A stretch of 64,000 nt of DNA from an uncultured Bacteroidota bacterium (GCA_903874055.1 CAIQQR010000112.1:1467-65466); one strand, 5' to 3'. Numbered from the stretch's first letter, positions 10,215 to 21,114 are shown. Notes: generated by a model from the letters alone, not told the origin. Translations and numbers: made by a program.

Positions 10215-11081
10215 ATGTCAACTGTTAATGTAGGTCAATTTAATTTATTACGTGTAGATCGTAAGGTAGACTTTGGTTTTTATATGGACGATGGTGGCGA
10301 AGGTATTTTGTTGCCTAAACGATTTGTACCCTCAGGTTTACAAGTAGGGGATACTATTAGTGTATTTGTTTATCACGATTCTGATAATCGTTTAATTGCG
10401 ACTACTCAAGAGCCTTATGCAGTAGTAGGAGATATTGCTGCTTTAAAAGTGGTTGAAGTAACACGACAAGGTGCTTTTATGGACTGGGGTTTAATGAAGG
10501 ATGTATTTGTACCTGCCTCCCAACAATTATCTACCATGCGATTGGGGGGTAAATATTTAGTGAAATTATATATTGACAAACAAACTGGAAGAGTAGCTGC
10601 GACTGAAAAAATTGACAATCAAATTAGCAATGATTTTTTGACTGTTAAAGAGGATGAGAAAGTTAAAGTACAGGTGTATCGAGAGTCTGAAATTGGATAT
10701 GTGGTAATTGTAAATCAAGTACATCAAGGATTAGTTTATAAGAACGAAGTTTTTACTCATTTGCATATTGGTCAATTTATTGATGAAGCGTATGTAAAAA
10801 AAATTAGAGAAGATAATAAATTAGATATTGGTATTGGCAAGCAAGGAGTTGAGAAATTAGATGGTGATCAACAAACCATTGTTAAATTATTAAAATTGCA
10901 CAAAGGATTTTTACCCTATCACGATAAGTCGACTCCTGAAGATATTTATGCATTTTTTGCGATGAGTAAAAAAGCATTTAAAATGAATGTTGGTATTTTG
11001 TATAAGTCCAAATTAATTACTATTGAGGATAATGGAATTCGTTTGGTTGATGCGCCTACAACACCTGCACCTGATGCATAA
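10215..11081 (+). CDS. S1 domain-containing RNA-binding protein (CvfB/YitL family)
   Basis: 288 aa with repeated S1-like OB segments and a C-terminal winged-helix-like tail, typical of CvfB-family length and layout. Confidence 0.75.
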   Translation: MSTVNVGQFNLLRVDRKVDFGFYMDDGGEGILLPKRFVPSGLQVGDTISVFVYHDSDNRLIATTQEPYAVVGDIAALKVVEVTRQGAFMDWGLMKDVFVPASQQLSTMRLGGKYLVKLYIDKQTGRVAATEKIDNQISNDFLTVKEDEKVKVQVYRESEIGYVVIVNQVHQGLVYKNEVFTHLHIGQFIDEAYVKKIREDNKLDIGIGKQGVEKLDGDQQTIVKLLKLHKGFLPYHDKSTPEDIYAFFAMSKKAFKMNVGILYKSKLITIEDNGIRLVDAPTTPAPDA

Positions 11082-11098
11082 AAATTAAAATTACGATT

Positions 11099-12280
11099 AT
11101 GTCTAAGGAAGTATATATAGTTGCAGCAGTAAGAACACCTATTGGTTCATTTGGAGGTGTTCTAAGTAGTTTGTCTTCCACACAATTAGGAGCTATAGCC
11201 ATAAAGGGTGCCATAGATAAAATAAATTTAAACCCTGAGCTGGTAGATGAAGTAATTATGGGTTCCGTCATTCAAGCTGGTCTTGGTCAAGCCCCTGCAA
11301 GACAGGCTAGCAAAGGAGCTGGTTTGCCTGATAAAGTGATTGCAACTACAGTAAATAAAGTTTGTGCAAGTGGAATGAAAGCCATTGCTTTGGCGACTCA
11401 ATCTATTTTATTAGGAGATGCAGCTATTGTAATTGCTGGTGGCATGGAAAGTATGAGTAATGTTCCATTTTATAATACTTCACAAAGATGGGGTAATAAA
11501 TATGGGGACATCACCATGCATGATGGTTTGGCTAAAGATGGTTTAGTGGATGTATATGATAAAGTAGCGATGGGAAACTTTGCTGATTTATGTGCAAAAG
11601 AAAATAATATTTCAAGAACACAACAAGATGGATTTGCTATTGCTAGTTATCAAAAATCACAAGCAGCAACCGAAAAAGGTTTATTTAGTGCTGAAATGAT
11701 TCCTGTAAGTATTCCTCAAAAGAAAGGGGATCCTATTGTAATTTCAAATGATGAGGAACCATTTAATGTTAAATTTGATAAAATTGCACAATTAAATCCT
11801 GCATTCAATAAAGAGGGGACTGTAACTGCAGCAAATGCAAGTACCATGAATGATGGAGCTGCTGCATTAATTTTAATGAGTGGAGAGAAGTTAAAGGAAC
11901 TTGGAATTAAACCACTTGCAAAGGTCATTAGTTATGCGGATGCAGAACAGGATCCGAAATGGTTTACTACATCACCCGCTCTAGCTATTCCCAAAGCATT
12001 AGCAAAAGCAAATTTAACTAAAGATCAAATTGATTTTTTTGAATTCAATGAAGCTTTCTCTGTTGTGGGAATAGTGAATACACAGTTATTAAAATTAGAT
12101 GCAAGTAAAGTAAATGTGAATGGAGGTGCAGTTTCATTAGGTCATCCCTTAGGTTGTAGTGGAGCCAGAATTGTAGTTACACTCATAAATGTATTAGATC
12201 AAAATAAAGGTATATTTGGTGCTGCCTCTATTTGTAATGGAGGTGGAGGAGCAAGTGCTTTGATTATTGAAAAATGCTAA
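11099..12280 (+). CDS. Acetyl-CoA C-acetyltransferase (thiolase II)
   Basis: Active-site NKVCASGMKA cysteine, C-terminal GHPLGCSGARI and CNGGGGASA motifs. 393 aa. Confidence 0.93.
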   Translation: MSKEVYIVAAVRTPIGSFGGVLSSLSSTQLGAIAIKGAIDKINLNPELVDEVIMGSVIQAGLGQAPARQASKGAGLPDKVIATTVNKVCASGMKAIALATQSILLGDAAIVIAGGMESMSNVPFYNTSQRWGNKYGDITMHDGLAKDGLVDVYDKVAMGNFADLCAKENNISRTQQDGFAIASYQKSQAATEKGLFSAEMIPVSIPQKKGDPIVISNDEEPFNVKFDKIAQLNPAFNKEGTVTAANASTMNDGAAALILMSGEKLKELGIKPLAKVISYADAEQDPKWFTTSPALAIPKALAKANLTKDQIDFFEFNEAFSVVGIVNTQLLKLDASKVNVNGGAVSLGHPLGCSGARIVVTLINVLDQNKGIFGAASICNGGGGASALIIEKC

Positions 12281-12306
12281 TTTTTAACTAACAGTCATTC
12301 ATATTT

Positions 12307-12639
12307 TTATATACCAGCCTGTTCAATTACTTCGTCCATCATAATTCCGTAATGACTTTCATCGTAAACACATTCACCATTTTTAATTAATAGTACCTGT
12401 GGTGATTCATGATGCACTTGAAATTTTTCCCCAACTGCAGTAGAAATTTGCCTATAATTTAATAAATCTAAGTAATAATAATCTATTGTATCAGGTGCTT
12501 CAGCACGTTCAAATCTCGAAAAAGCCATTTTAGAAATACTGCAAGTAGTACTATGTTTAAATATTAATTGAGGCTTATTAAAAGAGGCTTCTCGTATTAA
12601 TTCTATTTGATTATCAGCATTTAAGGGTATCCAGTTCAT
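12307..12639 (-). CDS. ytxJ: YtxJ-family thioredoxin-like protein (bacillithiol-system monothiol redox protein)
   Basis: 110 aa. Contains the TCSIS single-cysteine motif characteristic of YtxJ. Confidence 0.78.
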   Translation of the reverse strand: MNWIPLNADNQIELIREASFNKPQLIFKHSTTCSISKMAFSRFERAEAPDTIDYYYLDLLNYRQISTAVGEKFQVHHESPQVLLIKNGECVYDESHYGIMMDEVIEQAGI

Positions 12640-12655
12640 AATTTCAATTATGTTA

Positions 12656-12663
12656 CAAAATTA
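12656..12663 (-). promoter_or_regulatory. Candidate -7 box (TAATTTTG on the minus strand) for ytxJ
   Basis: CAAAATTA on the plus strand, 17 nt upstream of the ytxJ start codon. Confidence 0.4.
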
Positions 12664-12744
12664 AGAAAAAAGGAGTGTTGTTGAGTTTAAAATTGACCCA
12701 AATAAGTTGATAAATAATGATTAACTTCGGAAATAATTTTTTTT

Positions 12745-13512
12745 ATGCCTTTAAGCCTAAGCCGTCCTATTTGTTTTATTGATTTAGAAACCACAGGGAT
12801 CAATGTGAGTACTGATAGAATTGTTGAAATTGCTATCGTTAAAATTGGGGTAGACGGAAGTAAGCAAGTAAAAAGAAGATTAGTGAATCCTGAAATGCCC
12901 ATTCCAAAAGACAGTTCAGATGTACATGGCATTACTGATGATATGGTAAAAGATGCCCCAAGTTTTAAGGCAATGGCCAATGAAATAAAACAGTTTATGG
13001 AAGGTTCCGATTTAGGTGGCTATAATAGCAATCGTTTTGATGTGCCTATGTTAAATGAAGAATTTTTAAGAGCAGGCATAAGTGTTGATATTGAAAGTCG
13101 TAAATTATTAGATGTTCAAAAAGTGTTTCATAAAATGGAACAAAGAACTTTGTCAGCAGCGTATCAGTTTTATTGCCATAAAACTTTAGAGGATGCCCAT
13201 ACTGCCGAGGCAGATGCGACTGCAACATGGGAGGTTTTAGAAGCACAAATTGAAAGGTATCCTCAAATAGGAAACACCGTTGAATCCATTGTTAAATTTA
13301 CGGGCGATGAAGAAATTGTAGATTTTGCACGACGACTTGTATTTGAAAATGGGGTTATTGTATTTAATTTTGGTAAACACAAGGGAAAGTCAGTAGTTCA
13401 GGTTTTAAAAGACGAGCCACAGTATTATGATTGGATGATGAAGGGCGATTTTGCCTTACATACAAAACAAAAACTTACTGAAATTTTAAATAAATCTATA
13501 TTAAATAAGTAA
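12745..13512 (+). CDS. DEDDh 3'-5' exonuclease (DnaQ/epsilon-like domain plus C-terminal extension)
   Basis: Exo motifs FIDLETTG, YNSNRFDVPML and HTAEADA. 255 aa. Confidence 0.8.
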   Translation: MPLSLSRPICFIDLETTGINVSTDRIVEIAIVKIGVDGSKQVKRRLVNPEMPIPKDSSDVHGITDDMVKDAPSFKAMANEIKQFMEGSDLGGYNSNRFDVPMLNEEFLRAGISVDIESRKLLDVQKVFHKMEQRTLSAAYQFYCHKTLEDAHTAEADATATWEVLEAQIERYPQIGNTVESIVKFTGDEEIVDFARRLVFENGVIVFNFGKHKGKSVVQVLKDEPQYYDWMMKGDFALHTKQKLTEILNKSILNK

Positions 13513-13538
13513 TTAAATATATCCCCCAATATACTCAA

Positions 13539-14279
13539 GTGAAAAAAATTGTTTTAATACCAACGTATAATGAGAAAGAAAATATCTCAGCAATCATTAA
13601 TGCTGTATTAGCGTTTGAGTCTAATTATCATATTTTAGTTATTGATGATGGTTCACCAGATGGAACAGCAGATATTGTAAGATCCATTATTGCTGAAAAT
13701 GAAGGTCGTGTATTTATTGAATGTAGAGCAGGTAAACTTGGATTGGGTACTGCTTACATTCATGGATTTAAATGGGCATTGAAAAATAATTACGATTATA
13801 TTATTGAAATGGATGCCGATTTTTCTCATGATCCAAAAGATTTAGATAGGTTATGTGCAGCAATTGATGCAGGTGCAGATGTAGCCGTGGGTAGTAGATA
13901 CGTAAAAGGAGGTAGTACCGAAAACTGGCCTTTGGATAGAAAAATATATTCACAAGGAGGATCCGCATATACAAGAATAATTACTGGAATGCCTGTAAAA
14001 GATCCAACTGCAGGTTTTGTATGTTATAGAAATATTGTTTTGTCTTCAATGAACCTAGAAAATATTAAATTTATTGGTTACGCATTTCAAATTGAAATGA
14101 AATTTGCATCATGGAGATTAGGTTTTAAAATAAAAGAAGTGCCCATTAAATTTATTGATCGTAAAATTGGAGTAAGCAAAATGAGCAAAGGAATTATTAA
14201 AGAAGCCGTATTAGGTGTTTTCAATATGCAATGGCAATATATTACTGGCAAATTTTTAAAGCAAATAAAGAAAAACTAG
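13539..14279 (+). CDS. GT2 polyprenol-monophosphomannose synthase-like glycosyltransferase
   Basis: GTG start. PTYNEKENI, DDGSPDGT and EMDADFSH (DxD) motifs. Soluble Dpm1/Ppm1-like size of 246 aa. Confidence 0.82.
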   Translation: MKKIVLIPTYNEKENISAIINAVLAFESNYHILVIDDGSPDGTADIVRSIIAENEGRVFIECRAGKLGLGTAYIHGFKWALKNNYDYIIEMDADFSHDPKDLDRLCAAIDAGADVAVGSRYVKGGSTENWPLDRKIYSQGGSAYTRIITGMPVKDPTAGFVCYRNIVLSSMNLENIKFIGYAFQIEMKFASWRLGFKIKEVPIKFIDRKIGVSKMSKGIIKEAVLGVFNMQWQYITGKFLKQIKKN

Positions 14280-14308
14280 TTTTCATTTTTTTTCCTTATT
14301 AATGCTGT

Positions 14309-16759
14309 TTAAAATTCCCAAATAAATCCAAAAGTGGGTGTTACAAATACTTGGTTATTATCAAATAGCTTAGGTATAGCATTGGACCCATCTTTCTTTA
14401 ATGGTGCTCCATCGGTAGTTTTAAATGTGCCATCCGGATTTGCAGAAAATACATAGAATGGAGGTGCTACAGACTTAGCACCATACCAGTTGGTAATGTC
14501 TATGAAAAAATCAAAAGTAGTTTTTTTATAATTATATTTTTTATCAACTCTTAGATCACTTGAGTGGAATGGTTTATTGGTTAAGCTATTTATTTTTGAA
14601 TAATCAAAAACGCCTAATCCTAAAGTTGCAAAGTTTATTTTACTAAGGTTCATATCATATGGAGTATAGGGTGTTCCACCTTGGTATCTAAATTTAATTC
14701 CTAACTCCCAGTTATTTTTAAATTTATATCCACCTGTGATTGATATTAAATGTGTATTTTGCCAAGCACTAGGAATAAAAGCATTGTTGACATTTGTATA
14801 TTCACTTTTGAAAAAACTATAGGAAAGAATTCCAGAGAATTTATCAGTTAATTTTTTTTGTGCAAATAGTTCAAATCCATAGCTTCTTCCTAAACCATCA
14901 CTTATTACTGGTTCGTTACCAAGTATATTAAAGTCAGCGCCTAAATTACTTAAGCTAATTCCTTTGTTTACACTAATGGCAACATTATTGTATCTTTTAT
15001 AAAAAATTTCACCAGTAAATCTAGTTGATTCTGAAGGAATGTATTCAATGCCTGTAACATAATGCGTGCTCGAAATATAAGCTGTAGATCTATTTGTATA
15101 ATTGTTATTAGCATCTCTAAAACCTAAAACTGTATTTGGTTCAATTTTATAATATTTACCCACAGATGCGTTTAAATTAATCTTATCAGTTAATACATAA
15201 CTTATACTAAATCTTGGTGATATTCTTTTGGTAATTTGATTTCCATCTGTAGTAAAATTATTGCCATCATTTCTAATACCTGCACTAATACCTAATCTAT
15301 TATTAAATGCTCTTTTTCCCATTTGAAAAAATGCACCATACTTTTGATATTGTAAACTGGTAGCATATTTTAAGACAACAGGAGCGCCTATTTGTATATT
15401 ATTTCCAATTGTACTTAATGAATTGTATCGTAATAATTGGTTAGTGGAATTGTCATAGTTAACATTTTGAAAGTTTACTCCAGTAGTCCATTTAATGCCA
15501 ATAAAGTTTTTTGTGATATCCCATCTTATATTTTCTCCAGACTCATTGGATACATAGTCTAATGTTTTTTCTCCTTTATCAGGACCTAGATTATTTTGGT
15601 ATTTTTCATTAACATTATTTAAATGATTTTCACTAACACTTAAATTCCAATAACCTTTATTTATTAATTTTTTTAAGGAAGCGCCTACTGTAAAACTCCA
15701 TTGGTTAATAGAAGGTCCCGCATTTAATGCAAATATTTTTTCAGGAGTTGCATTTTTTGGTGCAGCAAAAGCAAAATCATCTATCGCGCCAACACCTAAT
15801 AATGTCAATGTTGTTTTAGGATCAATGGAATGGGTTACTTTAAATTGAAAATCCCAAAAATTTGGTCTAATGGGTAAATCTAATACTTTAAATAGGAATT
15901 GTAAATAGCTTCTTCGAGCAGAAAGTAAGTAAGTAGTTTTGCCATCTTTTGATAACGGGCCATCAAGGGTAGAAGCTATTTCGGTAGCCCCTAATCTTAC
16001 ATTCCCTTGTGTTTTTTCTGAATTGCCTCTTTTTTGTTTAAATTCAAATACAGAAGACAATGCGTTGTCATATTTAGCATCAAAAGCCGAAGTAGAAAGT
16101 TTTACCTCGTCAATAAAAGATACGTTTAAAATGCCTTGTGGTCCTCCAGCACTTCCTTGGGTAGTAAAGTGGTTGATTACAGGAATTTCAATTCCATCTA
16201 AATAAAAAACATTTTCATTGGGTGCGCCACCTCTTACTATGATATCATTTCTAAAACCAAGTCCTGTACTAGCTGATCCTGTAACGCCAGGCAAGGATTG
16301 AACTACTTTAGAAATATCAAAGTTACTACCTGGACTTGATTTAATTTCTTCGGCTGTTAATTTTTGGATACTTAATGGGGTTTCTAAAGTAGCTGCCCTA
16401 ACCGTTTTTTTAATATTCCCAACCGTTACCTCTTTTAAAGTAACCGCCTCTGGTTCTAATTCTGAAGTAGAATAGCTCAAATTTCCCGATGTAACAATTA
16501 CATTGTACAAATTAATGGGAATAGTACCTAGCGATGTTATTAATATATGGTATTGTCCAGTTGGAATTCTTTTAAAATAATATTTGCCTGAAGTGTCCGA
16601 TGTGGTTACATATTTGGTATTTACCAATTGAATTTTTGCACCCGCAATTGGTTTTTGAGTTCCCTTGTCTATCACTTCTCCAGCTAAATTTCCGAGGCTT
16701 TGCGCATGAACAAATAAGGGAAATAATAATAGTAAACCGATTGTAAAAATAATTCTCAT
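14309..16759 (-). CDS. TonB-dependent outer-membrane receptor with N-terminal carboxypeptidase-regulatory-like domain
   Basis: Signal peptide, CarbopepD_reg-like segment (GEVIDKGTQKPIAGAKIQL), plug region, long beta-barrel and terminal aromatic residue (...FIWEF). Confidence 0.85.
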   Translation of the reverse strand: MRIIFTIGLLLLFPLFVHAQSLGNLAGEVIDKGTQKPIAGAKIQLVNTKYVTTSDTSGKYYFKRIPTGQYHILITSLGTIPINLYNVIVTSGNLSYSTSELEPEAVTLKEVTVGNIKKTVRAATLETPLSIQKLTAEEIKSSPGSNFDISKVVQSLPGVTGSASTGLGFRNDIIVRGGAPNENVFYLDGIEIPVINHFTTQGSAGGPQGILNVSFIDEVKLSTSAFDAKYDNALSSVFEFKQKRGNSEKTQGNVRLGATEIASTLDGPLSKDGKTTYLLSARRSYLQFLFKVLDLPIRPNFWDFQFKVTHSIDPKTTLTLLGVGAIDDFAFAAPKNATPEKIFALNAGPSINQWSFTVGASLKKLINKGYWNLSVSENHLNNVNEKYQNNLGPDKGEKTLDYVSNESGENIRWDITKNFIGIKWTTGVNFQNVNYDNSTNQLLRYNSLSTIGNNIQIGAPVVLKYATSLQYQKYGAFFQMGKRAFNNRLGISAGIRNDGNNFTTDGNQITKRISPRFSISYVLTDKINLNASVGKYYKIEPNTVLGFRDANNNYTNRSTAYISSTHYVTGIEYIPSESTRFTGEIFYKRYNNVAISVNKGISLSNLGADFNILGNEPVISDGLGRSYGFELFAQKKLTDKFSGILSYSFFKSEYTNVNNAFIPSAWQNTHLISITGGYKFKNNWELGIKFRYQGGTPYTPYDMNLSKINFATLGLGVFDYSKINSLTNKPFHSSDLRVDKKYNYKKTTFDFFIDITNWYGAKSVAPPFYVFSANPDGTFKTTDGAPLKKDGSNAIPKLFDNNQVFVTPTFGFIWEF

Positions 16760-16834
16760 AAAAACAAACTATTTTATATATTCATAACAAATATTACAAT
16801 AAAAGGTTGCAATATTATTAAATTTAATTATAAT

Positions 16835-19570
16835 ATGAAGAAATTATTTTCCATGCTTGGTTTAATCCTTGCGTTTACAAGCTTTGGTCAAAAAAAGGTG
16901 CTTGACCACACTGTATATGATAGTTGGCAAAGTATTAGGGAGGTTGTATATCAACCACAAGGTAAATATATTAGTTATGTGATTGCACCTCAGGAAGGGG
17001 ATGCTGTTTTAGTTATAAATAATCGTACTATTAATACTGATATAAAAATTCAGAGAGGAACCCAAGCTGTTTTTAGTGAGAATGGTATGTTTTTGGTAGC
17101 AAAAATTAAACCATTATTCGCTGATACAAGAAAGGCTAAAATAGACAAGAAAAAGGCGGACGATATGCCAAAAGATAGTTTGGTGATTGTGAACCTTGCA
17201 AATGGTAACATGGAACGCATTGCTTCGGTTAAATCTTTTCAATTACCTGAACATGGGAATAACCAGTTGGTATATTTAATAGATAAAAAAGGAGATATTA
17301 ATAAAGAAGGATCCGAACTAGTTTGGAAGGATTTATCAACAAATGCAACAAGGTCTTTTTCAAATATTGCTCAATATCAGATTCAACCACAAGGATTATC
17401 ACTTGCAATGTATCAAGTGAAATTTAAAAACAATCCTGGTAAAATATTATTGGCAAATAGCGCCGATACCATTGTTAAATCAATTAGCAATAATTTTTAT
17501 ACCGCAACTGGATTAAATTGGAATGAACAAGGAAGTATTTTGGCATATTTGGTAGAGCCAGATAGTACTGATAAAGCTTTACAAAAAAATTATGAATTAA
17601 CTGTATACAAAGGCAAAGATGATTCAGCAAGTAGAGTTGTGAGCAGAACACACAAATCAATGCCTAATAATTATACAATTGGAGGTGATAAAAAAATTAA
17701 ATTTAGTAAATCAGGTACTAAAATTGAATTTGGCGTTCAACCTTTATTGCCTGCAAAGGATACCAGTGCACCTGAATTTGAAAGAGCTGGATTAGATATA
17801 TGGAATTATAAAGATCCTGCATTAATGTCCGTTCAGTTGAAAAATTTAGACAATGATTTAAAAGCAACTGATCCAATTGTTTACAATACTACTAATGGAT
17901 CTGTGGTTTATTTTGGTAAAATTAAAGAAAGAAGTATCCTAAACACTTTAGAAGGTGATGGGGAAATAAGTTTTTCCGTTCAGGATTCTAGCTATGAGAT
18001 TCCTTCGCAATGGCAGGGTTATAGTTTGAAAGATATTTATCAAATTAACACAACAACTGGTGCAAGATTATTAATTCAAAAAGCTTGGAAAGGTAGACTC
18101 ATTTCAAGTGCATACGATGGTAGTAGATTATTGTATTATGATGAGGCTTTGAAAAAGTATTTTGTTTACAATACAAAAACTAAGAAAACAACTCCAATTG
18201 CAAAAGATATCAAGTATAGTTTGTTTGATGAAGAAAATGATGTTCCAGATGATCCTAGCGCTTATGGTATTGCAAAATGGATGAATGACAATGAAACAGT
18301 TATTATCTATGATCGTTATGATTTATGGAAAGTAGACGCCAACGGTGTTAAGCCATCTTTGGCTTTAACAAGTGGTAGAAAGGATAAAATAACTTATCGT
18401 TTTGTGGAAACGGATGAGGATCGTAAAACCTTTACTAACAATGATACTTTATTGTTAAAAGGATTTGATGATAAGGATAAATCTGAATCTATTGCTATGC
18501 TATTATTAGGTAGTAATACTTTATCGGTTATTAATAAATTACCCATGCATTTCACTTCTGTTGAAAAAGCAAAAAACTCAAACAATTTTGTTGTAATGCA
18601 GGAAGATGAGAAAAATGCACCAGCTTTATATAGTTATCAATTGGTTAATGTTAAGCAAACGCCAAAACCATTTACTGTAATCAATGAGCAACAAAAAGAA
18701 TACAATTGGTTAAAAACAGAATTGGTTACATGGAAAGCGTATACTGGAAAAACTGCCGAAGGTGTGTTGTATTATCCAGAGGATTTTGATCCTAAAAAGA
18801 AATACCCAATGATTGTATATTTCTATGAAAGGAATAACCAAACTTTGCATAATTATTTAGCACCTGCTCCAACGCCTTCAAGATTAAATATTCCATTTTT
18901 TGCGAGTCGTGGGTATATTGTTTTTGTTCCAGATATTTGGTACCAAAAAGGATATCCTGGTCAAGGCGCTTATGATTATATTTTAAGTGGTACAAGAGCC
19001 ATGATTCAAAAAGGATTTATTGATAGTACAAAAGTGGGATTACAAGGGCAAAGCTGGGGTGGGTATCAAATTGCTTATTTAATTACAAAAACAAATTTAT
19101 ATGCAGCTGCTTGGGCGGGAGCGCCTGTAGTAAATATGACAAGTGCGTATGGTGGCATTAGATGGGGACCAGGTGTAGTAAGGCAGTTCCAATATGAAAA
19201 ACAACAAAGCCGTATTGGAGCTAGCTTGTGGGAGCGTCCAGATTTGTATATAAAAAACTCTCCATTATTTTCATTGCCAAAAGTTACCACTCCATTGGTT
19301 ATTATGAATAATGATGCAGATGATGCTGTGCCATGGTATCAAGGAATTGAATACTTTACAGCAATGCGTAGATTGAATAAAAAGATATGGCTATTAGTAT
19401 ATAATAATGAAGCCCATAATTTAGTGGAGCGAAAAAACAGAAAAGATATTCAAATAAGAGAGCAACAGTTTTTTGATCATTATTTAAAAGGAGCAGCTAT
19501 GCCTACATGGATGAGTGAAGGAGTGCCTGCTATCATGAAAGGTCGTGATTGGGGATTGAAAGTTGACTAG
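16835..19570 (+). CDS. S9 family serine peptidase (prolyl oligopeptidase/acylaminoacyl-peptidase-like) with N-terminal beta-propeller
   Basis: Signal peptide. Nucleophile elbow GQSWGGY. C-terminal alpha/beta-hydrolase region with D and H (NNDADDAV, EAHNL). Confidence 0.87.
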   Translation: MKKLFSMLGLILAFTSFGQKKVLDHTVYDSWQSIREVVYQPQGKYISYVIAPQEGDAVLVINNRTINTDIKIQRGTQAVFSENGMFLVAKIKPLFADTRKAKIDKKKADDMPKDSLVIVNLANGNMERIASVKSFQLPEHGNNQLVYLIDKKGDINKEGSELVWKDLSTNATRSFSNIAQYQIQPQGLSLAMYQVKFKNNPGKILLANSADTIVKSISNNFYTATGLNWNEQGSILAYLVEPDSTDKALQKNYELTVYKGKDDSASRVVSRTHKSMPNNYTIGGDKKIKFSKSGTKIEFGVQPLLPAKDTSAPEFERAGLDIWNYKDPALMSVQLKNLDNDLKATDPIVYNTTNGSVVYFGKIKERSILNTLEGDGEISFSVQDSSYEIPSQWQGYSLKDIYQINTTTGARLLIQKAWKGRLISSAYDGSRLLYYDEALKKYFVYNTKTKKTTPIAKDIKYSLFDEENDVPDDPSAYGIAKWMNDNETVIIYDRYDLWKVDANGVKPSLALTSGRKDKITYRFVETDEDRKTFTNNDTLLLKGFDDKDKSESIAMLLLGSNTLSVINKLPMHFTSVEKAKNSNNFVVMQEDEKNAPALYSYQLVNVKQTPKPFTVINEQQKEYNWLKTELVTWKAYTGKTAEGVLYYPEDFDPKKKYPMIVYFYERNNQTLHNYLAPAPTPSRLNIPFFASRGYIVFVPDIWYQKGYPGQGAYDYILSGTRAMIQKGFIDSTKVGLQGQSWGGYQIAYLITKTNLYAAAWAGAPVVNMTSAYGGIRWGPGVVRQFQYEKQQSRIGASLWERPDLYIKNSPLFSLPKVTTPLVIMNNDADDAVPWYQGIEYFTAMRRLNKKIWLLVYNNEAHNLVERKNRKDIQIREQQFFDHYLKGAAMPTWMSEGVPAIMKGRDWGLKVD

Positions 19571-19577
19571 CTTGAAA

Positions 19578-21098
19578 TTAAACGTATTGAAACCACTGTC
19601 TGTTTGGATCCCATGCTTCAAATGCTTTTACAACCGCTGCTAAAAATTGTGTTCCAATGGCACCATCTACAATTCTATGATCATAGCTCATAGATAAGTA
19701 CATCATGTGTCTGACTGTAATTGCGTCCCCTTGAGGTGTTTCAACCACTACGGCACGTTTTTTAATAGCGCCTAATGCTAGTATGGCAACTTGTGGTTGA
19801 TTAATAATTGGGGTACCCATTAAACTACCAAAGGTTCCCACATTGGTAACAGTGAAAGTGCCCCCTTGTGTATCAATAGGCTTTAATTGATTATTTCTTG
19901 CTGCATTTGCAAGATCATTAACTGCTTTACTTAAACCAACAATACTTAATTGATTCGCACCTTTTATAACAGGTACTATTAAATTACCAGTTGGTAGGGC
20001 AGTAGCCATTCCAATATTAATATCTTTCTTATAAACTATTTGATCGTTTTGTAAGCTACTATTTACTAATGGAAATTGTTCTAATGCTGTAGCAATACAT
20101 TCTAAAAACATAGGAGTGTAGGTAAGCTTGGTGCCTTCTCTTTTTTCAAATAATTGCTTAACCTTATCTCTCCAAATTACCATATTGGTAACATCTGCTT
20201 CCACAAAGGAAGTAACATGCGGACTTGTTTGAACACTATCCACCATATGCTTTGCAATCAACTTGCGCATTCTGTCCATCTCTACAATTTCTGTATTTCC
20301 AGACAGTATCACATCAGCTGGATTAGCAATTTTCGATGAATTGTTTTGTGCCATAAAATGGGTATGGTCACTTAACAATTCGGCTAAAGCTTTGCTCGGT
20401 GTAGATTTTTGTGTTGGAACAACAGGGATGTTTTGAGCAGTGGTAATATTAGTAGTAGCTAAATTATTAGGATTGACAACTGGATTTAGCGTACCTGCTT
20501 TTTTAGCAGCGATATAATTTAAAATATCTTTTTTGGAAACCCTCCCTTGACCACCGGTTCCATTAATAAATTGTAACTCATGTAAACTTACCCCTTCACT
20601 TTGTGCAATATTCAATACCAATGGAGAGTAGAATTTTACATCTTCCGAAGCTGCATTATTACTTGCTATATTTTCTTGCATCGAAGCAACTTGAATAGGT
20701 GCTGGAGTTGAAAAATGCATTGTAGTATGCGTTGGAGTAAAAGGAACTTCCTCACTTATTTTTACTTCATCCGTTATTTTAACTTCTTCAACTTGTGTAG
20801 GTTTTGTAGCCTCGGAATTTTCTGATGAACTTGAATTTATTTCTTCAGACACACTTGCGCTTGATTCAACTCTAGCAATAACCGAACCAATAGGTACCAC
20901 TGCATTTACTTCAAATAAAATTTCTTTAATTACACCAGCTACCGTGCTCGGCACTTCGCTATCCACTTTATCAGTGGCAATATCCAATAAAGTTTCATCA
21001 AGATTAATAGTATCACCTACTTGCTTGTACCATTTTAAAATGGTCGCTTCCATTATACTTTCACCCAATTTAGGCATCACCAAGTCAACAAGAGGCAT
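19578..21098 (-). CDS. 2-oxoacid dehydrogenase complex E2 component (dihydrolipoamide acyltransferase)
   Basis: Lipoyl domain with the DIATDKV lysine. Ser/Thr-rich linker. Peripheral-subunit-binding domain. Catalytic SYDHRIVDG motif. The complex specificity (PDH, OGDH or BCKDH) cannot be resolved by eye. Confidence 0.9.
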   Translation of the reverse strand: MPLVDLVMPKLGESIMEATILKWYKQVGDTINLDETLLDIATDKVDSEVPSTVAGVIKEILFEVNAVVPIGSVIARVESSASVSEEINSSSSENSEATKPTQVEEVKITDEVKISEEVPFTPTHTTMHFSTPAPIQVASMQENIASNNAASEDVKFYSPLVLNIAQSEGVSLHELQFINGTGGQGRVSKKDILNYIAAKKAGTLNPVVNPNNLATTNITTAQNIPVVPTQKSTPSKALAELLSDHTHFMAQNNSSKIANPADVILSGNTEIVEMDRMRKLIAKHMVDSVQTSPHVTSFVEADVTNMVIWRDKVKQLFEKREGTKLTYTPMFLECIATALEQFPLVNSSLQNDQIVYKKDINIGMATALPTGNLIVPVIKGANQLSIVGLSKAVNDLANAARNNQLKPIDTQGGTFTVTNVGTFGSLMGTPIINQPQVAILALGAIKKRAVVVETPQGDAITVRHMMYLSMSYDHRIVDGAIGTQFLAAVVKAFEAWDPNRQWFQYV

Positions 21099-21114
21099 AT
21101 GGGGTAATTTTAAG

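Noticed and set aside
20650-20900. Ser/Thr/Glu-rich low-complexity segment in the E2 gene
   Set aside because: It is the normal flexible linker between the lipoyl and subunit-binding domains.
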